A DNA stretch of 64,000 nt from an uncultured Methylomirabilota bacterium (GCA_963705305.1 OY970067.1:672001-736000); one strand, 5' to 3'. Shown: positions 19,169 to 27,824, numbered from the stretch's first letter. Notes: generated by a model from the letters alone, not told the origin. Numbers and translations are program-made.

Positions 19169-20584
19169 ATGCTCCATCCAGACCGAGGGGCCGAAGGAGC
19201 GCCCGACCCTGCCGGGCCCCCGCACAACCGCCGGCCCGGCCGCCACGCCCCGCTCATCGGGCTGGCGTGCACGGCCCTGCTCCTCGGCGCTGCCTCGGCG
19301 GCCTGGGCGGTCGCCGGGGAATCCTCCCCCCGTTTCGGTCCGATCCTCTTCGCCCTGGCCATGCTCTTGGTCGCGGCCAAGGCCGGCGGCCTGGTCGCGG
19401 AGCGGCTGCGACAACCCCCGGTGCTGGGAGAGCTGCTGGTCGGCATCGGCCTGGGGAACTTCGTTGGTCCCTTCTTCGGCCAGGCGGGAATCGCCTTCGT
19501 TCGATCGGAGCCGACACTCACCGTCATGGCGGAGGTCGGCGTCCTCATCCTGCTCTTCGATGTGGGGCTGGAGGCTGACCTGCGCGCCCTCTTTCGCGTA
19601 GGGCTGTCCTCCCTGCTGGTGGCGCTCATCGGGATCGTCGTACCCATCGGACTGGGATGGGCGGCCGCGGCATGGTTCCTGCCCGACAGTCCGACCCTGG
19701 TGCACGCCTTCGTGGGGACGACGCTGGCCGCGACCAGCGTGGGAATCACCGCCCGGGTGCTGAAGGACCTCGGCGCGACCCAGCGCCCCGAAGGTCAGAT
19801 CATTCTGGGGGCGGCTCTCCTTGATGACGTCCTCGGCCTGGTGGTCCTGGCACTTGTCACCGGGATGGTAACGGCGGCCGCCGGGGGCGCCCCGCTTTCC
19901 GGGCTGGGCGTGGCCGGGATCATCGTGCGCGCTGCGCTTTTCCTCGCGCTCATCGTAGGGCTCGGGCACTTCCTGTCGTCCCCCATCGTCCGGCTGGCCG
20001 GGCGCACCGGACATCCCGAGACGATGCTCGTCATCGGTCTGTGCCTCTGCTTCGCGCTCGCATATGCGGCGGAACTGGTGGGTCTGGCGGACATCGTGGG
20101 CGCCTTCGCCGCCGGGCTGTTCCTGGATCCCTACGGCGAGGGGGTCCGGACCGGCGACGAGCATGCCACGCTCACCGAGCTCCTCCATCCCCTCGCCACC
20201 CTTTTCGTGCCCCTCTTTTTCGTCCTCATGGGCATCCAGGTGGACCTGGCGAGCCTGGCGGACCCCGCGGCGCTCGGACTCGCCGCGGTGCTCATCCTCT
20301 GCGCCATCGCGGGAAAACTGGCCTGCGCCGTCGGGATTCTGGCCGAAGGGGTCAGCCGGCTGGCAGTGGCCATCGGCATGATCCCGCGCGGGGAGGTCGG
20401 GTTGATCTTCGCCGGCATCGGGACCAGCCTGACACTTCACGGCCGTCCCATCCTCTCGCAGAGCCTATTCTCCGCAATCGTCCTCATGGTCCTGGTCACC
20501 ACCATCGTGGCCCCGGTCGGGTTGCGCTGGTCGCTCGGATCTCGGCCGGGCCGCAAGGGGGAGGCACGCCCGACCCGCCCCTGA
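19169..20584 (+). CDS. Cation:proton antiporter (CPA2/NapA-like)
   Basis: QPPVLGELLVG, LLFDVGLE, ATSVGIT, AALLDDVLG, GMIPRGEVG; start uncertain. Confidence 0.88.
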   Translation: MLHPDRGAEGAPDPAGPPHNRRPGRHAPLIGLACTALLLGAASAAWAVAGESSPRFGPILFALAMLLVAAKAGGLVAERLRQPPVLGELLVGIGLGNFVGPFFGQAGIAFVRSEPTLTVMAEVGVLILLFDVGLEADLRALFRVGLSSLLVALIGIVVPIGLGWAAAAWFLPDSPTLVHAFVGTTLAATSVGITARVLKDLGATQRPEGQIILGAALLDDVLGLVVLALVTGMVTAAAGGAPLSGLGVAGIIVRAALFLALIVGLGHFLSSPIVRLAGRTGHPETMLVIGLCLCFALAYAAELVGLADIVGAFAAGLFLDPYGEGVRTGDEHATLTELLHPLATLFVPLFFVLMGIQVDLASLADPAALGLAAVLILCAIAGKLACAVGILAEGVSRLAVAIGMIPRGEVGLIFAGIGTSLTLHGRPILSQSLFSAIVLMVLVTTIVAPVGLRWSLGSRPGRKGEARPTRP

Positions 20585-20694
20585 GCGAGGAAGAATTCCG
20601 ATCCCCAGCCAGACGACAAACAAGTCCGCCAGGCCCGCGGCCTCTAGGCCTCTGCGCTGACAGTGCCAGGGTAGGCGACCGATGACGGTCGGAT

Positions 20695-21999
20695 TCAGGA
20701 CTTGCGGCCCGAAGCGGCCTGCGCCTGCAGGGCGGAGTGGAGCTGCTGGAGGAGCGAGTCTCGGGCGGCGAGAAAGGCCGGCCGGGAGGATCGGGAAATG
20801 GGCACGCCCGGCAGGAAGGTCCGCTTCAGCGGATTGACGAACTTGCCGTCCTTGACGACCCGGTAATCCAGATGTGGACCCGTGGCCAGCCCCGTAGAGC
20901 CCACATAGCCGATTACCTGTCGCTGCCTGACCCGGCCTCCCCGACGGATTCCCTTTCCAAATCGCGAGAGATGGTTGTACATCGTCTTGAAGTTGGCCCG
21001 GTGCCGCAGCATGACGGTGTTGCCGTTTCCGCCCTTCCGCCCCACGAACTCGACCGTTCCGTCCGCCACCGCCCAGACCGGCGTGCCGGTAGGGGCCGCG
21101 TAGTCAATGGCAAGATGCGGGCGGACTCCCCCCAAAATGGGGTGACGCCTGGCGTGAGTGTACCCGGAGCTGATTCGGGTGAATTCCACGGGTGCCTTCA
21201 GGAACGCCCGCCGCAGCGACTCTCCACTCGGCGTGTAGTAGCCTCCGCGCTTCTTCTCCCGGAAGTAGATGCCGGTGTGGACTCTGCCGTCCTCTTCCTC
21301 GTACTCGGCAACCAGGATCCGACCGTACTTCACGAACTGATCTCCCGTGTAGACCTTCTCCACCAGCATCCGGAAGCGGTTCCCGGGCTGGGAATCCGCG
21401 GCAAAATCGAAGTCCCAGGCGAAGATCTCGGCAAAGTCGAGAACAAGCTGGGCCTGTTCACCCAGCGTCTCGATGCTGTCAAATAGATTCCCCTCCAGAG
21501 TCCCGGCCACCAGAGCCACCCGGCGCTCGACCGGGACGTCGCGCTTGGAGGCCGTCCACTTTTCGCCGTCTCGTTGCGCTTCGACGATGTCCACCGGGCT
21601 TTGCCGGACGACGACCCTGGTCACGGTCCCGGCCGCATCCTTGTGGACCTCGATGTCGTTGCGGGGTCTGAGTCGGCGGAAATCCAAGTGGTCCCGAAAG
21701 GCCTGGGCGAGCTTGTGTGCCAGCTCCCGCGGAAGGCCGTGTGCTGTCAGGGCTTCAGTGAAGGTGCGGCCTTTGCTGAGCGTGATCGATGTTGGGGCGG
21801 GAGGGGAGACGCCTGCGGGGGTGGACCTTTGGAAGACGACCGGGGCCGTGTTCCGGTGAGACCTGCCATGCAGGAGACTGACCCCGATCGCAAGGTGGAC
21901 TGCAATCAGGACCCCCACGCCTACCAGGATCCAACGGGGGATTCTCCCGGAGCCGGCGCGTCGTTCTCGTCTTGTCTTGGGCGCGTGGTCCTGGATCAT
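20695..21999 (-). CDS. M23 family peptidoglycan DD-metalloendopeptidase (MepM-like)
   Basis: N-terminal TM helix, FAWDFDF, HLAID (HxxxD), YNHL, TGPHLDY; start uncertain (21999-22029). Confidence 0.9.
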   Translation of the reverse strand: MIQDHAPKTRRERRAGSGRIPRWILVGVGVLIAVHLAIGVSLLHGRSHRNTAPVVFQRSTPAGVSPPAPTSITLSKGRTFTEALTAHGLPRELAHKLAQAFRDHLDFRRLRPRNDIEVHKDAAGTVTRVVVRQSPVDIVEAQRDGEKWTASKRDVPVERRVALVAGTLEGNLFDSIETLGEQAQLVLDFAEIFAWDFDFAADSQPGNRFRMLVEKVYTGDQFVKYGRILVAEYEEEDGRVHTGIYFREKKRGGYYTPSGESLRRAFLKAPVEFTRISSGYTHARRHPILGGVRPHLAIDYAAPTGTPVWAVADGTVEFVGRKGGNGNTVMLRHRANFKTMYNHLSRFGKGIRRGGRVRQRQVIGYVGSTGLATGPHLDYRVVKDGKFVNPLKRTFLPGVPISRSSRPAFLAARDSLLQQLHSALQAQAASGRKS

Positions 22000-22084
22000 C
22001 CAACCCTGGGGCGGCCTGAGGCCGCGCAATGCCGGCTTATTCTGCCCCCATCGTCACAAACATATGACTGTGTAAAATCAAGGT

Positions 22085-22114
22085 CTTATATCACATACCA
22101 AAAGTGGCTTGCAA
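22085..22114 (-). promoter_or_regulatory. Putative sigma70 promoter of the M23 gene
   Basis: Minus strand TTGCAA, 18 bp, TG-a-TATAAG in an AT-rich tract. Confidence 0.5.
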
Positions 22115-22164
22115 TGCATTTTTGGCTAATAACCTATCCGGACTAATCACACAACCTCTGGAAC

Positions 22165-22204
22165 AGAAGGCAACGGCCGGCGGGAGAATTACCCTACCGG
22201 CCGT
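22165..22204 (-). terminator. Hairpin terminator downstream of rid and the tRNA-like fragment
   Basis: ACGGCCGG...CCGGCCGT stem followed on minus strand by TGCCTTCTGTT. Confidence 0.5.
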
Positions 22205-22230
22205 AACCAATTGTATTTGCAGCTGGTAGT

Positions 22231-22248
22231 TGGTGGGAGCTGCGAGAT
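22231..22248 (-). other. tRNA 3'-end-like fragment (possible att site)
   Basis: Minus strand AT-CTCGC-AGCTCCC-A-CCA fits T-loop end, T stem, acceptor stem, discriminator and CCA (tRNA-Val-like). Confidence 0.45.
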
Positions 22249-22250
22249 CC

Positions 22251-22709
22251 TCAGTCGCGAACGCGAACCACGATCTCCACCTCCACGGGGATGTCTAAGG
22301 GGAGCTGGTTGGTGCCGATCGCCGAGCGGGCATGCTTACCTTTCTCCCCATAGAGCTTGACGAGCAGCTCCGAGGCGCCGTTCATGACCCAGGGCTGCCT
22401 AGTGAAGCCGTCCACGGAGGCCACGAACCCCAAGAGCTTGACGACCTGCTCGACTTTGTCGAGGTCGCCGATCACGTTCTTGACGCAGGCCAGGCAGTTG
22501 ATCACGCAGATCTGGGCGGCCTTGTACCCTTGCTCTTCCGTGAGCTCGCGGCCGAGCTTCCCCGTGAACATCGGCTTTCCATCCACCGTCGGTCCCTGGC
22601 CGGCCGTGAAGACCAGGTCGCCGCTTCGCACTGCCGGGACGTAGGCCGCCAACGGCTTCGGCGTGGGGAGAATAAACCCCAGCTTTTCCAACTCCCGTTC
22701 GATCTGCAT
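22251..22709 (-). CDS. RidA/YjgF family imine deaminase
   Basis: AAYVPAVRSG.LVFTAGQ, NGASELL, GKHARSAIG (catalytic Arg), LPLDIPVEVE; GGAGA RBS before ATG 22709. Confidence 0.9.
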   Translation of the reverse strand: MQIERELEKLGFILPTPKPLAAYVPAVRSGDLVFTAGQGPTVDGKPMFTGKLGRELTEEQGYKAAQICVINCLACVKNVIGDLDKVEQVVKLLGFVASVDGFTRQPWVMNGASELLVKLYGEKGKHARSAIGTNQLPLDIPVEVEIVVRVRD

Positions 22710-22742
22710 GTTGTCTCCTCCCCCCAAGGGGACGTTGTAACG

Positions 22743-23159
22743 TTAATTACCTCTTTGCCTTTCCCTCACCCGAACGTGTCCGGCGGCAATTAGCGCGTCC
22801 AACGCCCGGCCAAGCGTGGCCTGCTTGACGAGGAGATAGTCCGTGTCGTACGTGCTGACGACGAACACGCTCACTGCGGCCTCGGCCAGAGGATCGAGAA
22901 TCGACCGCAGCACGCCGATGCCGTCGAGCCGAAGTGGCCCTCGCAACCCGAGGAGGGCCCAGCCGGAGTCCGCCCGCACTTCCGGTGGTACCTCCCCAGC
23001 CCGGCAGACGACCGACAGCTCGTCCGTGGTGCGGGTGACGGAGCAGAAGTCGCCAATCTCCGCCCAGGCAGGAACAGGCGCCTGGGACGCCAGCCGGCAG
23101 ATGGCGAATTCCCCTGGAATGACAGCGAATCGAATTGGGGCAGCGGGCTGGGCGGTCAT
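22743..23159 (-). CDS. ACT-like (CASTOR/ACT_7-type) amino-acid-binding protein
   Basis: SVTRTTDELSVVC, GW..L.L.GPL, PLAEA..SVF..STYDTDYLLVK. Confidence 0.85.
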   Translation of the reverse strand: MTAQPAAPIRFAVIPGEFAICRLASQAPVPAWAEIGDFCSVTRTTDELSVVCRAGEVPPEVRADSGWALLGLRGPLRLDGIGVLRSILDPLAEAAVSVFVVSTYDTDYLLVKQATLGRALDALIAAGHVRVRERQRGN

Positions 23160-23170
23160 GGTCACACCGC

Positions 23171-23893
23171 TTACGAAAGGCTGATGGCGTGCAAACCGAG
23201 GAAGGGGGACGGGCCGACGGACGCGCCGGGCCCGATCCCCAGGAAGTCGGCCGCACCCCAGGGACCCGACACGAGCCGCCGCAGGTAGTCCAGCGATCCG
23301 GCGATCTCCCCCGACTCGAGCCCGAAGACCTCGGCGAATTCTCGGGTGTGGGCCCGCCCCAGCGCGATGTCGCCCACCCCGTGATTGATGAAGATCACCC
23401 GCTGGTAGTTCTTCAGGAGTTCCCGCGAGATGTAGCGCGCATCCTCCTCACCGTACTTGGGGAGGTACTCCGTCTTGTAGCAGGTGAGCGAGGTGGTGCC
23501 GTACTTGGCCCAACCCGGCGTGATGTAGTAGGTGCCGGCGCAGGCCCGCACCTCCGCCTCGTACCGCTCCCGCGATCCCAACAGCAGGGCAATGCAATCG
23601 TGCACCAGCGGCATGACGATGGGCGCGCGGCGGGCCGAGACGCCGACCACGCCATTGCTGCACAACCCGTAGCCCAGAATCACCAGCTGGACGTCCGGCG
23701 GCAGGCCGTCCACCACCTCCTGGACGGCGGCCGGCATCTTGCCCGGCGTGCGGTGGAGACCCTGCGGCAGGTAGGTGCGCACCAGGCCGGCTGGCGCAAC
23801 CTCCTCGAATTCGTCCCTGAAGACCTCGCAGGCGATCAGGTGACGTTTCGCGGCAGGGATGGCTGCCCAGGAGGGCCCCACATCATTACTCAT
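23171..23893 (-). CDS. DUF1638-like protein associated with corrinoid methyltransferases
   Basis: LIACEVFRDE, GLHRTP, ILGYGLCSNG, HDCIALLLGS, GTYYITPGW. Confidence 0.82.
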   Translation of the reverse strand: MSNDVGPSWAAIPAAKRHLIACEVFRDEFEEVAPAGLVRTYLPQGLHRTPGKMPAAVQEVVDGLPPDVQLVILGYGLCSNGVVGVSARRAPIVMPLVHDCIALLLGSRERYEAEVRACAGTYYITPGWAKYGTTSLTCYKTEYLPKYGEEDARYISRELLKNYQRVIFINHGVGDIALGRAHTREFAEVFGLESGEIAGSLDYLRRLVSGPWGAADFLGIGPGASVGPSPFLGLHAISLS

Positions 23894-23957
23894 GACGTTC
23901 CACAATCTGGAAATCCAGAACGAAAAGTCGGCAACCGACCGCCATCCCGGCCCGGAC

Positions 23958-25091
23958 TCAGTATGCTCCGAATTCCCGGGCCGCCTCCACCATGGCCAGG
24001 ATGTTCTCTGGCGGAACCTCGGCCTGGACGTTGTGGACCGCCCCCAGGATATAGCCCCCGCCGGGACCGAGGTCGGCGATCCGTCGCCGGACCTCCTCGC
24101 GGACCTCCGCCGGCGAGCCCTGGGGCAGGACCCGGTGCGTGTCGATTCCGCCCCAGAAGGCGATGTCCCGACCAAACTCCCGCTTCAACCGGCCGCTGTC
24201 CATATCCTTGGCAGATACTTGGACGGGGTGCACGGCATCGAAGCCCGATTCGATGAAATCCGGAATGAATGCCGCGATGGACCCGCAACTATGCAGGAGG
24301 ATGGGTTTTCCGAAGCGCTTCACCGTCTGGACAAGACGGCCGTGGGTGGGCTTCAGCAGCCGGCGGTAGAGCGCCGGGCTCATCACCGGGCCCTGCTGGG
24401 TCCCCAGGTCATCCCCGAACATCACCAGATCCACCAGATCGCCCGCCTCCTCCAGTGCGCGCTCGGTCAGGCGGACCCAGAAGTCCACATACCGCTCCAG
24501 GAACGCTTGAACGAAGTCGGGCGCGGCGATGAGATCTTCGAGGCAGGCGGCGTAGCCTCGCATGAACTGGAGCTGATGGAGTGGGCCCACGCCCAGCACC
24601 AGGATCACGGCGGCGTCCGAGACCCGCCGGTGGGCCTCGGCCTGAGCGCGCAGGCCGCGGAACCGGCCGGGGTCCAGGGGGTTCGGCCAGGCGAATCTCT
24701 CCAGCAAGGCCAGGTCAGGCTCCTGGTGGTAGAACGGCCCATCGGCGTTGATGAAGTGCTGTCCCTCGCCGACGTGCCGCCAGGTGATGCCCCATTCGTC
24801 GAACAGGCAGCCGTCGGACAGCTGCCGCTCGGGATTGACATCGGGGTCGCCTAGGATCACGGCCCGGCAGGCCGCGCCCAGGCGCTGAAGCAGCTGCTCA
24901 TCAGGGAGGACGCTGTTGGATCGGCGCGAGAGGTAGGCGACCGACGGATCTCCCTCGAATCCGAGGAAGGCCATCAGGCGCCGGTAGGCGTGGACGTTGA
25001 TGGTGCTGGCGAGCGTCCCGCCCAGATCCACGGGCACGCGGTCGGGGGGCTGGCGTCTGAGCGTCGTGAGCACCCGCTCTCGATTCGTCAT
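23958..25091 (-). CDS. Uroporphyrinogen decarboxylase-family (MtaA/CmuA-like) methyltransferase
   Basis: MTNRERV..TL..Q.PDRVPVDLGG, DEWG, GDDLGTQ, LLHSCG, WGGIDT, HNVQAEVPPEN; adjacent corrinoid protein. Confidence 0.85.
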   Translation of the reverse strand: MTNRERVLTTLRRQPPDRVPVDLGGTLASTINVHAYRRLMAFLGFEGDPSVAYLSRRSNSVLPDEQLLQRLGAACRAVILGDPDVNPERQLSDGCLFDEWGITWRHVGEGQHFINADGPFYHQEPDLALLERFAWPNPLDPGRFRGLRAQAEAHRRVSDAAVILVLGVGPLHQLQFMRGYAACLEDLIAAPDFVQAFLERYVDFWVRLTERALEEAGDLVDLVMFGDDLGTQQGPVMSPALYRRLLKPTHGRLVQTVKRFGKPILLHSCGSIAAFIPDFIESGFDAVHPVQVSAKDMDSGRLKREFGRDIAFWGGIDTHRVLPQGSPAEVREEVRRRIADLGPGGGYILGAVHNVQAEVPPENILAMVEAAREFGAY

Positions 25092-25120
25092 GGCGGACCC
25101 TTCCGAGCCGGCTGAAATGC

Positions 25121-25190
25121 GTTCGACCGTTCGGGAGTCTCGGCCAGACACCGCGAACGGTCGAACAGTCCAGCCCTTGAACGATCCAAG
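25121..25190. repeat. 8-bp-periodic inverted repeat between corrinoid and UroD-family genes
   Basis: GTTCGACCGTTCG (25121-25133) / CGAACGGTCGAAC (25154-25166) perfect IR; octads cgaacggt cgaacagt ccagccct tgaacgat. Confidence 0.6.
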
Positions 25191-25199
25191 CGCGGCGCC

Positions 25200-25835
25200 T
25201 CAGGCGATGCCCAGCAACCTCTTGGCCTTCTCCACCGCCACGCCGGCGCTTTCGCCGTAGGCGTCGGCCCCGATCTCGTCGGCAAAGCTCTGCGTGACCG
25301 GCGCCCCGCCCACCATCACCTTGATCTTGGAGCGGAGTTCGGCGCGCTCGAGAGCCTGCATCACGTCCTTCATCCCCAGCATGGTGGTGGTGAGCAGGGT
25401 GGACATGCCCAGGATCTGCGCCTTGGTATCCTTGACCGCCTGGACGAACTTGTCCGGCGGGACGTCCGTCCCGAGATCCACGACCTCGAACCCGGCCCCT
25501 TCCCACATCATGCAGACCAGATTCTTGCCAATGTCGTGCAGGTCGCCCTTGACGGTCCCCGCCACTGCCACGCCAACCGGCTTGGTTCCGCGCTGGATCA
25601 ACAGCGGCTTCAGGATCGCCAGCGACTTCTTCATGGCCCGGGCCGCGACGAGGACTTCCGGAACGTACACCTCGTTGCAGCGGAACTTCTCCCCGACCAC
25701 TTGCATGCCAGGAACCAGGGCCTCGTTGAGAATCTTCTCCGGCGGGTGGCCCGCCTGAATGGCCACCTCCGTCAGGACGGTGCACCCTTTCGCATCGCCA
25801 GCGATCACGGCCTCCTTCAACGCATTCAAGTCCAT
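25200..25835 (-). CDS. Cobalamin-binding (corrinoid) protein, MtbC/MttC-like
   Basis: Cap domain (LVPGM..VGEKF...EVYVPEVL), GDLHDIGKNLV (DxHxxG), MSTLLTTT, MVGGAPVT. Confidence 0.93.
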   Translation of the reverse strand: MDLNALKEAVIAGDAKGCTVLTEVAIQAGHPPEKILNEALVPGMQVVGEKFRCNEVYVPEVLVAARAMKKSLAILKPLLIQRGTKPVGVAVAGTVKGDLHDIGKNLVCMMWEGAGFEVVDLGTDVPPDKFVQAVKDTKAQILGMSTLLTTTMLGMKDVMQALERAELRSKIKVMVGGAPVTQSFADEIGADAYGESAGVAVEKAKRLLGIA

Positions 25836-26054
25836 GGCAGCCCCCTTCACGCGTCAGGTGAGGAACCCCGGAGCGCACATTCTCCGGATCGCCGGTCACT
25901 ATCTCCCACGACTCGACGCGAGGCCAGCCTGAATCGTCATTTGACTGCTCGACCGGACCTGTGGCGCCACCGTCCTGCGTCTCGGTCCCCCCTCGCCGAG
26001 TTGTCCGAAATTGCAGCCAAGGACCCACTTCGTAGGTGCCTTCCGATCCAAAGT

Positions 26055-26083
26055 AACGTATGGTGAAGACAATCTTCTGTCAA
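26055..26083 (-). promoter_or_regulatory. Sigma70 promoter of the corrinoid operon with spacer palindrome
   Basis: Minus strand TTGACA, 17 bp, TACGTT; GAAGA-CAA-TCTTC palindrome at 26065-26077. Confidence 0.6.
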
Positions 26084-26131
26084 GCGGGGATCGGACCTGC
26101 GCGGTTGACGCGGCAGGGGAGGAGATGATTC

Positions 26132-27364
26132 ATGTCGTTGCCCAATGTTGTTCGAGTGAGCCAAGCCTTCGATCGCACGCGGCTCGAGGATGCTCGCGGA
26201 GCCGTCATCTCCGGCCTGACCGCCCTCGGCCTGGGGGCAAAGCTCAAGCCCGGCGCCCGGATCGCCATCACGGCGGGCAGCCGCGGCATCCAGAACCTGG
26301 TGGCCATGACCCGCGCCGCCGTGGACTGGGTCAAAGACGCGGGCGGCCTGCCCTTCATCGTCCCGGCCATGGGCAGCCACGGAGGCGCGACCGACGAGGG
26401 CCAGAAAGGCCTCCTGGCGGACCTGGGCATCTCCGAGGCCGGCATGGGCTGCCCGGTCATCTCTTCCCTGCAGGTCGAGCAGATCGGGAAGACCCCCTCG
26501 GGTGCTCCGGTCTACCTGGACAGGAACGCCCTCCATGCCGACGGCATCATCGCCATCAACCGGGTCAAGCTCCACACCATCTTCCGCGGTGAGGTGGAGA
26601 GCGGCCTGTGCAAGATGCTGGCGGTGGGCCTGGGAAAACACAAGGGGGCCCAGCAGATCCACGCGATCGGCACCCAGCCCTTCATGGTGGAGACAGCCCG
26701 GGTCATCCTGGCCAAGGCGCCGGTCCTGGCCGGCGTGGCCGTGTTGGAGAACTCGCTAGATGAGACCATGGAAGTCCACGTGGTGCCCCCGGAGCGGTTC
26801 GAGGCCACCGACATCGCGCTCCTGAGGCGGGCCTGGCAGATCATCCCCCGCATCCCGTTCGATCCGCTGGACGTCCTGGTGGTGGACGAGATGGGCAAGA
26901 ATATCAGCGGGACCGGCATGGACACGAACGTCATCGGGATCGGCGGCCGTCTCGCCGGGAAGATGACGATGGGAACGCCGGCCGTCTCGGCGGTCGTCGT
27001 CTTGGATCTCACCCGCGAGACCCACGGGAACGCCAACGGCATCGGCCTCGCCGATCTCACCACCCGCCGGGTGGTGGACGCCATCGATTACAAGGCCACC
27101 TACACCAATGTCATGACGACCCGGCTGTGGTCGGCCGGGCGCCTGCCCTTGATCCTGGACACCGATCGCGAGGCCGTCGAGGTGGCCGTGGGCGAGACAC
27201 CCCTGGACCAGGTCCGCTTCGTCCGGGTCTTGAATACCCTGCACCTGGAAGAGCTGGAGATCTCGGAGGTGCTCCTGCCCGAGGCCAGGAAGCTCGGCCT
27301 TGCCGTCCTGGGCGAGGCGCACCCACTGGAGTTCGACACGAACGGGCGGATCAAGTCGTTCTGA
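26132..27364 (+). CDS. LarA-N/DUF2088-like (lactate racemase superfamily) protein
   Basis: IAITAGSRGI, PAMGSHGGAT, NRVKLHT, ESGLCKMLAVGLGK, MGKNISGTGMDTNVIG, HGNANGIG. Confidence 0.75.
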   Translation: MSLPNVVRVSQAFDRTRLEDARGAVISGLTALGLGAKLKPGARIAITAGSRGIQNLVAMTRAAVDWVKDAGGLPFIVPAMGSHGGATDEGQKGLLADLGISEAGMGCPVISSLQVEQIGKTPSGAPVYLDRNALHADGIIAINRVKLHTIFRGEVESGLCKMLAVGLGKHKGAQQIHAIGTQPFMVETARVILAKAPVLAGVAVLENSLDETMEVHVVPPERFEATDIALLRRAWQIIPRIPFDPLDVLVVDEMGKNISGTGMDTNVIGIGGRLAGKMTMGTPAVSAVVVLDLTRETHGNANGIGLADLTTRRVVDAIDYKATYTNVMTTRLWSAGRLPLILDTDREAVEVAVGETPLDQVRFVRVLNTLHLEELEISEVLLPEARKLGLAVLGEAHPLEFDTNGRIKSF

Positions 27365-27410
27365 ACGTCGAGAGTCAGCCGTGACGGCGACGGGATGGGA
27401 GAGGAACCCG

Positions 27411-27680
27411 ATGGCGATAAAACCCGTAGTGATCTCCATCAACGACAAGCTCTGCAAGGGGGCGGACGGCTGCGGCATCTGCCTGGCCCTCTGCCCCAAG
27501 GATGTCTTCAAGGTGGCCGAGCGGCTGACCAGCCGGGGCATCCGGCCGCCGCAGATCGACAAGATCACGGCCTGTACCAACTGTGGCAACTGCATGATCT
27601 ACTGCCCGGACATGGCCATCGTCGTGCGACTCGACGAGGTGCCGGAAGCGGCTGCTGCTGCGGGGCAGCAGCAGCAATGA
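27411..27680 (+). CDS. 2x[4Fe-4S] ferredoxin, delta subunit of 2-oxoacid oxidoreductase
   Basis: CKGADGCGICLALCP and CTNCGNCMIYCPD. Confidence 0.88.
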   Translation: MAIKPVVISINDKLCKGADGCGICLALCPKDVFKVAERLTSRGIRPPQIDKITACTNCGNCMIYCPDMAIVVRLDEVPEAAAAAGQQQQ

Positions 27681-27814
27681 AAAATGTCAAACCGACAATG
27701 GAAAACCGGACAACCCATCCGATAATCGATCAGCTTTTCGGCCGAGGGCGGATCGGCTGTTGGCTTTCCATTTTTAATTGTCGGTTGTCGGTTTTGCATT
27801 TTCAATCTTCCATT
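27676..27814. repeat. AT-rich heptamer-periodic imperfect palindrome
   Basis: Left aatgaaa aatgtca aaccgac aatggaa aaccgga; right ttccatt tttaatt gtcggtt gtcggtt ttgcatt ttcaatc ttccatt (reverse complements). Confidence 0.8.
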
Positions 27815-27824
27815 GGAGCGTTTC

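Noticed and set aside
22200..22310. Intact tRNA gene
   Set aside because: Only the 3' 18 nt fit; upstream sequence is rid coding DNA with no D or anticodon arm
23958..25091. True heme-pathway uroporphyrinogen decarboxylase (hemE)
   Set aside because: Lacks the W.MRQAGR signature and sits beside a corrinoid protein
23958..25835. Pyrrolysine-type methylamine methyltransferase system
   Set aside because: No in-frame TAG, no MttB/MtbB/MtmB homologue and no pyl genes
25836..26050. Canonical cobalamin riboswitch
   Set aside because: Could not find the GGGAA...GGTG.AA.TCC core and B12 box in proper order
27676..27814. CRISPR array, or the small ORFs 27395-27832 and 27599-27826
   Set aside because: Units are 7 bp with no spacers and no cas genes; the ORFs are translations of the repeat
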